Origin: an uncultured virus (IMG/VR IMGVR_UViG_3300029305_009617)
Lineage: Duplodnaviria > Heunggongvirae > Uroviricota > Caudoviricetes
Length of the DNA stretch: 64,000 nt
IMG/VR virus record: IMGVR_UViG_3300029305_009617
Reading direction: 5' to 3' (one strand)
Below, piece after piece: positions 37,988 to 47,013 of this stretch; within the stretch, counting starts at the first letter, position 1; every line of letters begins with the position of its first letter. The notes beneath the pieces were generated by a model. The model was not told the DNA's origin and ran no database searches. It worked only from the letters and a program-made list of their open reading frames with translations. The translations under genes were made by a program, and so were the position numbers.

Positions 37988-38596
37988 ATGAAAATTGATG
38001 AACTTATATTAAAGCCTGAAGTACAGGTTTTAATGAATATGGAATATATCGCACACCCTGAGGTTTTTATACATTCAGTAAGGGTTGCACATATTACAGA
38101 AAAATTGATTGAGCGTCTTCCAGTAAATGCTAATATGGAAGATGTATTAGTGGGGGCTCTTCTTCATGATGTTGGTAAATTATATATACCCTTTAATTTA
38201 AATACATCTCCTAATCGATTTACAACTGTGGATCGTATGATTATGAACTCTCATACGTCTGCTGGACTAAAAATCGTAGACGGTATTTTTCCTAAGGTTG
38301 TATCAAATATTGTTTATATGCATCATGAGAAGGAAAATGGCTCTGGGTATCCTTTAAAATTAAAATCTGAGGATATTCCTGACTATGTCAAAGCGGTAGT
38401 GGTTGCGGATATGTATGAAGCTCTTACTGCGAAACGCACCTATAAAAAACCTTACTCTCATCAAACCGCACTTGATAAATTACATCGGGACTTTGTTGAA
38501 CCTAACTATGTACATGAACTTGAATATTTTGGTGATTGTATATTAAATGAGCTTGATAGATGTTATACTTTTAAACGTTTAGACATGGCACTATAA
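37988..38596 (+). CDS. Stand-alone HD-GYP phosphodiesterase
   Basis: HSVRVA, LHDVGK, HHEKENGSGYP, ADMYEALT..RTYK. Confidence 0.9.
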   Translation: MKIDELILKPEVQVLMNMEYIAHPEVFIHSVRVAHITEKLIERLPVNANMEDVLVGALLHDVGKLYIPFNLNTSPNRFTTVDRMIMNSHTSAGLKIVDGIFPKVVSNIVYMHHEKENGSGYPLKLKSEDIPDYVKAVVVADMYEALTAKRTYKKPYSHQTALDKLHRDFVEPNYVHELEYFGDCILNELDRCYTFKRLDMAL

Positions 38597-38640
38597 AATA
38601 ATAGAAAGGTCAGAAAAATTTGACCTTTCTATTATTTTTT
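38595..38640 (+). terminator. Intrinsic (possibly bidirectional) terminator
   Basis: AAAATAATAGAAAGGTCA/TGACCTTTCTATTATTTT. Confidence 0.75.
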
Positions 38641-38982
38641 ATTTTAAATTGCATCGAGATTGTGTCGAGATTGAGCCAAGATTCAGATATTGTAAAATTC
38701 TGGAAAACACGCAGTTTTACTTATTAATCAGAGGCTAGAAAAGCCAGACTATTAGCCTATTTTATAGCCCTAATATTTTTCACTATATTTTCTACATTTG
38801 CCTTTTATCCTGTTGTACTATTTTATTGTTGTCTTTGCAGTTATCACTATTAGTATTCACGTAATTTGTTTAGCCTTCTTGTATTTTATATTTTGGTTTA
38901 AAAACGCTAATGTTAAATTTAATTTTTTAACTTATAAATAAATACAAACATTAAATTTAGCCGTATACAAACCTGCTTAATA

Positions 38983-39858
38983 ATGGCAGGGGGCAAAATA
39001 AAGCTTTTACCTGCTGCCATGTATGGTGTAAATAAATGTCTTATACAACAATACTTATTTCCATACTTTTCTTCTTGTATAAGCCACACATGGTAAATAA
39101 GCACTTCTATATTCTCTACTATAATAAAAAGTCACCGGCAGCAGGCCTTTCAACTTCATCTATGTATGCCTGCTGCCTTTTTAATATTTATTCATGTCAT
39201 CTTCTAGCCCGTGGCTGAAGCCACGCCACGGGCAATCTACTCTTACTTGCTGCGTATATTTTTGTATCATACGTATCTTCTCCGGCAACGCCGGACCCAA
39301 CTAGCGTAGGGGCAAAATTTACCTTTTTATTGCTATGTAAATGCCTAACGGCATTCTTTACGCTAATTTATTTTATTATTTACTATTTTACTTCTGGTAT
39401 ATATGCTTAACCTCTTATATAAAAATACCTACTTACACACCAAGCCCGTGGCTAAAGCCATGCCACGGGCAATCTACTCTTACTTACATATAAAGCATAT
39501 CTCTTGCCTAGTAACTATTATCTAGTTGTAACTATATATTTTTTACGGCGGCAGTAGGCCTTACGTATTCATTTATGTATGCCTGCTGCCTTTGTAGCAC
39601 TCATGTGTTTATATCTGTATAATCCTGTTCTAGCCCGTGGCTAAAGCCACGCCACGGGCAATCTACTCTTACTTGCTGCGTAACAAGTGGTTTCCTGTAT
39701 ACGTATAAGTACTTCACCGTTTGTTTTCTTTTCCTCTTATTTGTTGAATTAAAAATGCTAATGCATTTTAATATTTTCATTTTTTCACCGGCAGCAGGCC
39801 TTGTATATACTACTAAAATATAATTGCCCATGACAGGACTTTTGTCATGGGCAATCTG
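38983..39858. repeat. Cluster of two interleaved GC-rich palindrome families in non-coding DNA
   Basis: GCCCGTGGC..GCCACGGGC-AATCTACTCTTAC at 39207, 39444, 39633, variant at 39823; GGCAGCAGGC..GCCTGCTGCC at 38985, 39137, 39550, half-site at 39790. Confidence 0.9.
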
Positions 39859-39930
39859 CTTTTAATCGTTATAAGTGTAATTACTATTTAAAAATATTAC
39901 TTATAAACTCCATTGGTATTCACTTTAATA

Positions 39931-41079
39931 TCAATACGGCCAGGTATAACCTCTTGGCTTAACATTTGCATATTTAATAAATATTTCTGCTATTGTTTGT
40001 TGCGTGGCATGCAAATTATTAAACATTTTTTCAAAGCTATTGTTATTAAGGCAAATAGTAAGGTCTAGTGAATGCTCTTTAATAATATCTTCTATATCCT
40101 CAGCATTCATGATATTCATATAAGATTCTTTTTCTCTATTGGCTATATGTACAAAAGCTTTATTGTATTCCTTTTCTAACATTCCCGAAAAAACCGAGTA
40201 TTTATGTAATGCCTCTTCATAAGTTCCTAAGTCGGTACAACGACAGTGGATATTGTATACCGTAGTATCTCCTTCAATAAATGTTGGATATATCATTTGT
40301 AAAAACTGTAACTGATTAATATCTTTATTATTATCTAATATAACCGTCCACGTACAAGAAATCAAATGGATATTCTGTAACTCATCAAAAGAATCGAAGA
40401 ATAACAAAATACCGTTATGATTTACATCTGTGTTTTTCACACCACAGCAGGTATAGTAAAAATGATTCGGATAAACATGTCTGTTTTTGTATTTTGGAAC
40501 AGATATAACTTGTCCATTTTTATTAATGATATTAATTTCTGCTTCTTTTACTACTCCATTGGAGTAATCCCAGTAAAAATCAAATGATAGCCATAAGATG
40601 ATTTTTTTACTATTGCCAGGAAACTTCGTTTTTAACTGCTCCTGAAATTTGGAAGTTCTCTTATTTTCTATGTCATCCTTGCATTTATCAATACCCTGAT
40701 GTTCTCGTACATATTTATAATCCGGATCTGCGGAATAAATATCAAATTCCGCACCAGCTTCTTTTATTTTTTCTATTTTTGTTATGTATTTTATTATAAT
40801 ATCTTTTCTATTTGATTTATCTTTCCATACGGTTTTTCCTTTTGAAAGAATCCAAAAGCGGTGTTTAGATATCTGTAATACAGTACCCTCATAACTTTCA
40901 ACCGTTCCGCTACTCCACTTCTGTTCTACCCGAATTTTATCTCCAGATTTTATTTTCATACCCGCTATCTGTTTTTTTATATATTCTTCATATCCGATTT
41001 CTCCCCATACCGGCTTTTTTTCTGGATGCAGCTTGCACCCGTTCTTGAAATAATTTTGCAATGATTCATAATATTTCAT
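39931..41079 (-). CDS. Hypothetical protein
   Basis: 382 aa ORF with AAGGA RBS. Confidence 0.65.
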   Translation of the reverse strand: MKYYESLQNYFKNGCKLHPEKKPVWGEIGYEEYIKKQIAGMKIKSGDKIRVEQKWSSGTVESYEGTVLQISKHRFWILSKGKTVWKDKSNRKDIIIKYITKIEKIKEAGAEFDIYSADPDYKYVREHQGIDKCKDDIENKRTSKFQEQLKTKFPGNSKKIILWLSFDFYWDYSNGVVKEAEINIINKNGQVISVPKYKNRHVYPNHFYYTCCGVKNTDVNHNGILLFFDSFDELQNIHLISCTWTVILDNNKDINQLQFLQMIYPTFIEGDTTVYNIHCRCTDLGTYEEALHKYSVFSGMLEKEYNKAFVHIANREKESYMNIMNAEDIEDIIKEHSLDLTICLNNNSFEKMFNNLHATQQTIAEIFIKYANVKPRGYTWPY

Positions 41080-41186
41080 TATTTATTCCTTTCTCCTGGC
41101 ATAACTAATATGTGAGCGCTATACGTTATGCCTTATTTAATATTTATTCATTTTTAGAATCAACTCTGTGACAAATGTGCGAATCT

Positions 41187-41522
41187 TTAATTTCTATTTT
41201 CATTACACATTTTAATCTTTTTCTTTGCTAAACATATGCTTTCGCTTATAAGTGGAGGCACAACCATTATAATAAACCCTATATAAAAGAACTTTTTACT
41301 ATTTGTTATATAGCTCATAGCATAAAGAATAAGTCCACAGGTTAGTGCTAAGTTAAAAACAGACACACGAATCAATGCTCTGAATGCATAGTGGTATCCC
41401 TTTAAAACAAATATGAGTGCCATACTTGATATTGTAAGAAGCAGCCATTCTGTGATTCCATATTTTGTAGTCAATAACCCAAATGCTATTTTTAAGCAAT
41501 ATAGTACTTCTGTATTTTTCAT
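41187..41522 (-). CDS. Membrane protein
   Basis: Several hydrophobic segments. Confidence 0.6.
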   Translation of the reverse strand: MKNTEVLYCLKIAFGLLTTKYGITEWLLLTISSMALIFVLKGYHYAFRALIRVSVFNLALTCGLILYAMSYITNSKKFFYIGFIIMVVPPLISESICLAKKKIKMCNENRN

Positions 41523-41609
41523 AAGATTTCCCCCTGGTATACTCTATAAATTGTTATGCCTTTTTCATATTACAGTCTGCCTTTTACCGGCAGCAGGCTT
41601 ATATATTCT

Positions 41610-42422
41610 CTATAAATTATTAGTGATAAATTTCTTGTACAATTCTTCAATATTCAATCCGAAATGCTGCTTAGAGTATGCGTCCAACCGGTAGCAGTAA
41701 TCTCCATACAATTGTCTAACAGAGTCATGTTGAGCGCGAAATGTCTTTTCGCTTATATCTCCAACCTCTGTATGTTCATGCAAATACCTAGACGCACAGA
41801 TAAACATGTCGTGAAGAATACTATATTCTTCACATAAGGCATTCTGTTTGCTATAATCCGCAGAACTGTCCTGTGGTAATTCTGCAATGAATGCATGAAT
41901 AACAGTTCTTAGTTCCCTTGTTAATGCGAATGAATGGTCCGCATCTGTTCCAAGAAGTTCAACCTTAACAGATTTTAAGATTGGATAAAATAGATTACTT
42001 TTGCCTTCTGCTTCTTCATTGTTACATCTCGGATTACTGCTGATATGTATATCATAATAATTTTCTATAGTCTGAACCAGCTGTCTTAGTATTCTGTAAT
42101 CATTTAAGCAATCGGAAAATTCTTTGATATCCGTACTGCGTTTCTCAATATAGGCAGTAATCATACATATAATGTAGATGTTTTCAGCAATCGAAGACTG
42201 AAATTCGTAAAAATAAAAATCCGAGTCCGTAATAATCAATTGATTTAACCATTTTTTGAATGATAAAGTTTTTGGTATTAATCCGTTTCTAAAAGAAATA
42301 TCGTCCGTGGCTATAGGTAATGTAAAAACTTCCTTATAATTCATTTCGGGCGTAGAACAATCTTCCTTTATAATACAAGGTGCTGTATCTCTGTTTTTAT
42401 ATGTCTTTTTCTTTTTTCGCAT
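41610..42422 (-). CDS. Hypothetical protein, paralogous to the C-terminus of 43377-44744
   Basis: Shared IAExIYIxCMxxAYIxxRxxDIxEF motif. Confidence 0.7.
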   Translation of the reverse strand: MRKKKKTYKNRDTAPCIIKEDCSTPEMNYKEVFTLPIATDDISFRNGLIPKTLSFKKWLNQLIITDSDFYFYEFQSSIAENIYIICMITAYIEKRSTDIKEFSDCLNDYRILRQLVQTIENYYDIHISSNPRCNNEEAEGKSNLFYPILKSVKVELLGTDADHSFALTRELRTVIHAFIAELPQDSSADYSKQNALCEEYSILHDMFICASRYLHEHTEVGDISEKTFRAQHDSVRQLYGDYCYRLDAYSKQHFGLNIEELYKKFITNNL

Positions 42423-42504
42423 AATAACCTCTCTTTATATATATGGTATTTTATTCGTATATATAGATAAACCTTAATGCAGGGCTGAAAAAATAACTGC
42501 CAAA

Positions 42505-42693
42505 TTACCACTCTAACCGTATATCAATCAATGTTTTTATAAAATTCCAATCCCTATAATCATTTGTATAACCATGGAACTCGTCCTGCACGGAGCCATC
42601 CTTTGCTTTCCTTACCGCTTTATACTCTGCTTCATTCCAGTTTTCCCTATCTGTTTCTATATAAATTTCATATTCTCTGTATTCGCTTACCAT
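42505..42693 (-). CDS. Small hypothetical protein
   Basis: AAGGAG RBS. Confidence 0.55.
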   Translation of the reverse strand: MVSEYREYEIYIETDRENWNEAEYKAVRKAKDGSVQDEFHGYTNDYRDWNFIKTLIDIRLEW

Positions 42694-42730
42694 TTACTAT
42701 TTTCTCCTTTTCTATATATCAAGGATAAGA

Positions 42731-43153
42731 TTATACTTTTCGATTCCAATACTTCTTATCATTAAAATAACTCATTTGTATTTTGTATGATTTTGCTATA
42801 CCGCTTTCAGGTTCTCTATGAATTAGACTTAAAATATCCGACACATGAATCTGCATTACATTTAGTATCTGCTCATCTATCTGTTTATTTACTATCGCAT
42901 CAGGGTAATTTATAGTAATTACCTCTAAAATTCTTTTTTGCATATCCACAGGAGCAGAATATTTATGCTGATATTCCTGGTATAGCGACCAAATGACCGT
43001 TTCGTTGATAATTTTTCCATAATCCGGATAGGTACTCTTTGCTTTGTCTGCCTTTTGTGCAGAACTAAGACCGGATAAAATCTGATTCATTCTATTTTTA
43101 TTAAAGATAGTTACTTTCCGGTTACACAACGGACATATTATTTTAGTAAACAT
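42731..43153 (-). CDS. Hypothetical protein with N-terminal CPLC
   Basis: AAGGAG RBS. Confidence 0.6.
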   Translation of the reverse strand: MFTKIICPLCNRKVTIFNKNRMNQILSGLSSAQKADKAKSTYPDYGKIINETVIWSLYQEYQHKYSAPVDMQKRILEVITINYPDAIVNKQIDEQILNVMQIHVSDILSLIHREPESGIAKSYKIQMSYFNDKKYWNRKV

Positions 43154-43253
43154 CGCATTCTCCTTTTAAGCTTATATTTTACCAATCATATATAGTTAAT
43201 GAACAGGTACTGCTAGTGTCCTTAATGACATCAGCTCTGTTCTCTTTATTTTT

Positions 43254-43283
43254 ATTATTGTGAATTGTACATATGAAAGGCAA
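43254..43283 (-). promoter_or_regulatory. Promoter P3 of the ATATGTACAATT family
   Basis: TTGCCT-ttcATATGTACAATTcac-AATAAT on the - strand. Confidence 0.65.
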
Positions 43284-43376
43284 TACAATTCTTTTATTTT
43301 TTTCTTATTGTAAACTGGTGCAAATATTTAGGTGGCAGATGCTTTATGCCTGCTGCCACCTAAATATACCGGATAA

Positions 43377-44744
43377 TTACATATCCGCAATTATTTTATT
43401 GATATTATTCCTCAATTCCCTTACGTACTCGAAGTTTTTATCTGTTTCTGGGTATAGGAATTTCTTTTTAATAGATAATAGATCCTTTGCAATATCTAAA
43501 ATTTCATCATTATTATTTATATACTCTTTATTAATGTTGTTTGGTATATTATAATGCTCTTCAATGGACTGGATACGAGAATTTAATTCCTCGTAATTAT
43601 TGATGCATTTTGCGAATTCATATATGTCCGAATTTCGATTATTTATATAGGCTGCCGTCATGCAGACGATGTAAATTTTTTCTGCAATATAAGTCTGCAT
43701 ATCTTTAAAAAAAGGCTCTTGAGACTTTAAGATTGGCTCAATCCATCTGTTAAATTTATATATTTTAAAAAGCATGTCTATTTTAAATTCACTATCACTG
43801 GAAGCCTCCGGCACTGTAAATAGCTCCTCGTATTCGTTTTCCGAAACAGGACTACTTGTCGAACTATCGGCTGGACAAGCCTTTACCTTTCTTTCAGCCA
43901 AGGGATTGATGTTGTCTTCTGTAAAAAACTCTTCTCTAATCGAGTCTCTATCACCTTTAATACCCTTTACCTGTTTGCATCTGGCAGTAAGAGGCTGTAA
44001 CTCTATTGCCAAGTAGGATATGTCATTATCCCTTAAAATTTCCACCGTATGGTTATACTCTTTTGAATCTAAGGCAATACAGTTTAAGGCACTGTCTCTA
44101 TTTATAGAAATACTCTGTGGCTCTATAATACAATTTAGATAATCGTGGGCTTTTTCCAATAATTCACCTGCCGTGTATACTCCATCCGAAGAGCTGGATA
44201 CAATAATTTCTACCCGCTCATCTTTATTGAGGGTGTTAAGATAATCTCTTAATCTCAATGGTCTGGTGGAGTCTGTAAAATCCTTTATTATGACTCTGGT
44301 TACCGTGGTGAATATATAGGTCGCAAACAAGAACTCTAAAAAATTAATCATCACACCATCGTAGAAAATTTCTGGCTTCTGTAATGCAAAGTAATACATG
44401 ATTCCATAAAATACAGCCGCTGTAATAATGCGGACAATCAGTAATGGGAACCTCTTAAGTCCTGTTAAATCCGTATTTCTGGTTTCTAAAAAAATATCAC
44501 ATATAGGAACCAAGATAAAGAAAATTACGGCCAGTTCTAATGAGGATATGAAAAATGTATTTTGGGCACCTAAAATAGCCTCGATAGAAAACATATCTCC
44601 GGCACTAATATCTTTTTGCATAGATAAAATAGCAAGTAAAAAGATAAGGAGCGAACATACAATGGTCATTCCGCAGTAAAGAATGGTGGATGTGGCAATA
44701 TAAAGTCCCCTTATTAATGGCAGCATTCGTGTTGATAATTTCAT
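43377..44744 (-). CDS. Membrane protein (about 4 N-terminal TMs) with a soluble C-terminal domain
   Basis: Hydrophobic N-terminus; AGGAGG RBS. Confidence 0.7.
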   Translation of the reverse strand: MKLSTRMLPLIRGLYIATSTILYCGMTIVCSLLIFLLAILSMQKDISAGDMFSIEAILGAQNTFFISSLELAVIFFILVPICDIFLETRNTDLTGLKRFPLLIVRIITAAVFYGIMYYFALQKPEIFYDGVMINFLEFLFATYIFTTVTRVIIKDFTDSTRPLRLRDYLNTLNKDERVEIIVSSSSDGVYTAGELLEKAHDYLNCIIEPQSISINRDSALNCIALDSKEYNHTVEILRDNDISYLAIELQPLTARCKQVKGIKGDRDSIREEFFTEDNINPLAERKVKACPADSSTSSPVSENEYEELFTVPEASSDSEFKIDMLFKIYKFNRWIEPILKSQEPFFKDMQTYIAEKIYIVCMTAAYINNRNSDIYEFAKCINNYEELNSRIQSIEEHYNIPNNINKEYINNNDEILDIAKDLLSIKKKFLYPETDKNFEYVRELRNNINKIIADM

Positions 44745-44855
44745 GATATACCTCCTATGTACATATAATTGTTGCGGCTACGCTTTTTACCAGATAAATA
44801 TCTGAATAAATGATTTTACTCGGCAGCAGGCAACTACTTTTCATCTATATTTATT

Positions 44856-44884
44856 ATTATGTGAATTGTACATATGAAAGGCTA
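44856..44884 (-). promoter_or_regulatory. Promoter P4 of the ATATGTACAATT family
   Basis: TAGCCT-ttcATATGTACAATTca-CATAAT on the - strand. Confidence 0.65.
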
Positions 44885-44994
44885 CTTTTTTACTACATAT
44901 AACTGTTTATATAAGAATATACACCTATCTATATAGTCTTCTTTCGTTCAAAATACACATTGTATTAGATACAAAAGAGTGATATAATACAAAT

Positions 44995-45423
44995 ATGAAT
45001 AAGAATAAAACATATAAATCCAATAACAATATTATCCATTCCTGCAGGTACTGTGTTGTATGGTGCCCGAAATACAGACGGAAAGTATTAACAGGCGGTG
45101 TAGATAATCGGTTGAAAGAATTACTAATTCAATATGCTGCAGATATTTCTGTAACCATTCTGGAAATAGAAATAATGCCGGAACATGTTCATTTGCTGAT
45201 AGAAGTGAATCCACAGTTTGGTATTCACAAAGCCGTTAAAGCTTTAAAAGGCTACACGTCCAACATTTTAAGGCAGGAATTTCCGCACCTTCAGTCGAAA
45301 ATGCCTTCTCTTTGGACGAACAGCTACTTCGTTTCTACAATCGGTGATACTTCACCAGAGGAAATTAGACAGTATTTGGAAAATCAGAAAACATCTCAAA
45401 GACAAAAGGACAAGTTAGGATAG
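44995..45423 (+). mobile_element. tnpA: IS200/IS605-family transposase TnpA, intact motifs, no adjacent tnpB
   Basis: VVWCPKYRRKVL, MPEHVHLL, LWTNSYFVST, QYLENQ. Confidence 0.92.
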
Positions 45424-45741
45424 AAATACTGGAAGACATTTGCAGTGTTGCGTATACAGGTCACTTTTAGGTAAAAATGTGAAATACTGCCGGATGAGAA
45501 GGTAAATGTCTTTCGCAGTTTATTCGCTTATTGTATTGTAAATGAATAAAGAAGTTTAACAAGGGAGCAAGTATATGATGAAAATATTATTTATCCTGGG
45601 GATGTGTCTTATATTTCACCGCCCCGTAGGGAGAGTATTCCGATTTATTATAAGTTTTATGCTGTTAAAGGCAGTCTGTTTTATCCTTTTTATAGGAATA
45701 TTCGGCTGGAGTATTGCGACATATATTTTTTAGGAGGGACT

Positions 45742-45990
45742 ATGAATCGGTTAGAAAAAGAATTTCAAACAGAAGAATTGAAACGATATGCTAAAAACAT
45801 ATTTAAGTCCGGGATAGGATTGTATTGTGTATATACCATCATAATGGTGGATGAATCTTATTTTGTACATTACCCGCCGTTAGTTACAGTCCTTACTCTC
45901 ATTCTTGTATTGGTTCTGCCGTTTGCACTTCCAATCAATATTTATAAGTTTTTTAAGACATTATTTTCACCTGCCAGATTAAGGAGGTAG
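45742..45990 (+). CDS. Small membrane protein
   Basis: AGGAGG RBS; two hydrophobic segments. Confidence 0.6.
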   Translation: MNRLEKEFQTEELKRYAKNIFKSGIGLYCVYTIIMVDESYFVHYPPLVTVLTLILVLVLPFALPINIYKFFKTLFSPARLRR

Positions 45991-45994
45991 TAAT

Positions 45995-47011
45995 ATGTGT
46001 GTTTCGACGGTTATACCAAGCATTCATGCAGTAGATACTTCTTTTGAATCTATAATTGAAAGAATGGATCAGCTGGTAATTACATTTAACCAGTACGACA
46101 ATATGCCGGATAAAAAAGAATCGTTAAGGCTTGCAAATGCGCTGGCTCCTAAAATGTTTCAATTATTTAAAGAAGATACGGATTTTGGCTGTTATTATTT
46201 TTTGAATTGTGTACGGTATTATGATGCCAAGTCTTATCTTGGCCAGACAATTCTTCTGATTTTAAAAAAGATGGCTTATGAGGAACATGATGCGGAGTCT
46301 GTATATACTCTTGCAGAATTATACCGTGTTAATTACGTGGTTTTAAAAAATATTGTTATTCAGGCAAAAGGACATACGTTTGTATTAAACAGCGTTAAGG
46401 CTTATTATCAGTTTGGTTCTTTTTTAGGAAGTAAGAAGTCCCAGGAGCGTATCGCTGAAACAAAAGCGTATTCTAATGCGGAGTTTTTATTAAATGAAAA
46501 CTGCAGTAACGGTGCTTTAAGATATAAAAAAGATTTAGAACAGCTTGCTATTATGGAAGATATTGTTATTAATCATAATCGAGCAGATTTATTATCTGAC
46601 TATATTTTATGGCTTCAGGTGCATGAATTCTATTCAAGACTGGTTGCTGTTTGTGATTTTTATCTTAATAACCCTGATTTTGAAGATAAAAACGGTGCCC
46701 TTAAAAAGAAAAGAGACCGGTATAAAAAAGAAGCTCTGCTGGAAAGACTGCAGCGCTATGTATATAAAGTCTTTACTGCTGCCAGCTTTGTTATTCCGGG
46801 ACTGTTTATACTTTTGTATTTTCAAAAGCTCCCGTTTAATGTGGTTTGTTCCATGGGCTTTGTTATTTATCTGGTCCTTTCCTATTTAGCGCCTGCGCCA
46901 CTATTTCCATTTAAAATGATTTTTCACGCTGTCTTTGGTGCTGTACAAGGGGTTGCTAATGATGATGATTTATGGGACTGTATTATGATTTGCAGTTTAT
47001 TGTCGAGGTAA
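45995..47011 (+). CDS. Helical (Sel1/TPR-like) protein with C-terminal TM segments
   Basis: DAESVYTLAELY; hydrophobic C-terminus. Confidence 0.55.
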   Translation: MCVSTVIPSIHAVDTSFESIIERMDQLVITFNQYDNMPDKKESLRLANALAPKMFQLFKEDTDFGCYYFLNCVRYYDAKSYLGQTILLILKKMAYEEHDAESVYTLAELYRVNYVVLKNIVIQAKGHTFVLNSVKAYYQFGSFLGSKKSQERIAETKAYSNAEFLLNENCSNGALRYKKDLEQLAIMEDIVINHNRADLLSDYILWLQVHEFYSRLVAVCDFYLNNPDFEDKNGALKKKRDRYKKEALLERLQRYVYKVFTAASFVIPGLFILLYFQKLPFNVVCSMGFVIYLVLSYLAPAPLFPFKMIFHAVFGAVQGVANDDDLWDCIMICSLLSR

Positions 47012-47013
47012 TT

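Noticed and set aside
39036..39831. Short ORFs inside the palindrome cluster
   Set aside because: No RBS, low-complexity translations made of repeat sequence.
38600..39930. Replication origin with iterons
   Set aside because: Genes converge on it rather than diverge, the repeats are palindromic rather than phased direct repeats, and no rep gene or DnaA-box array is evident.
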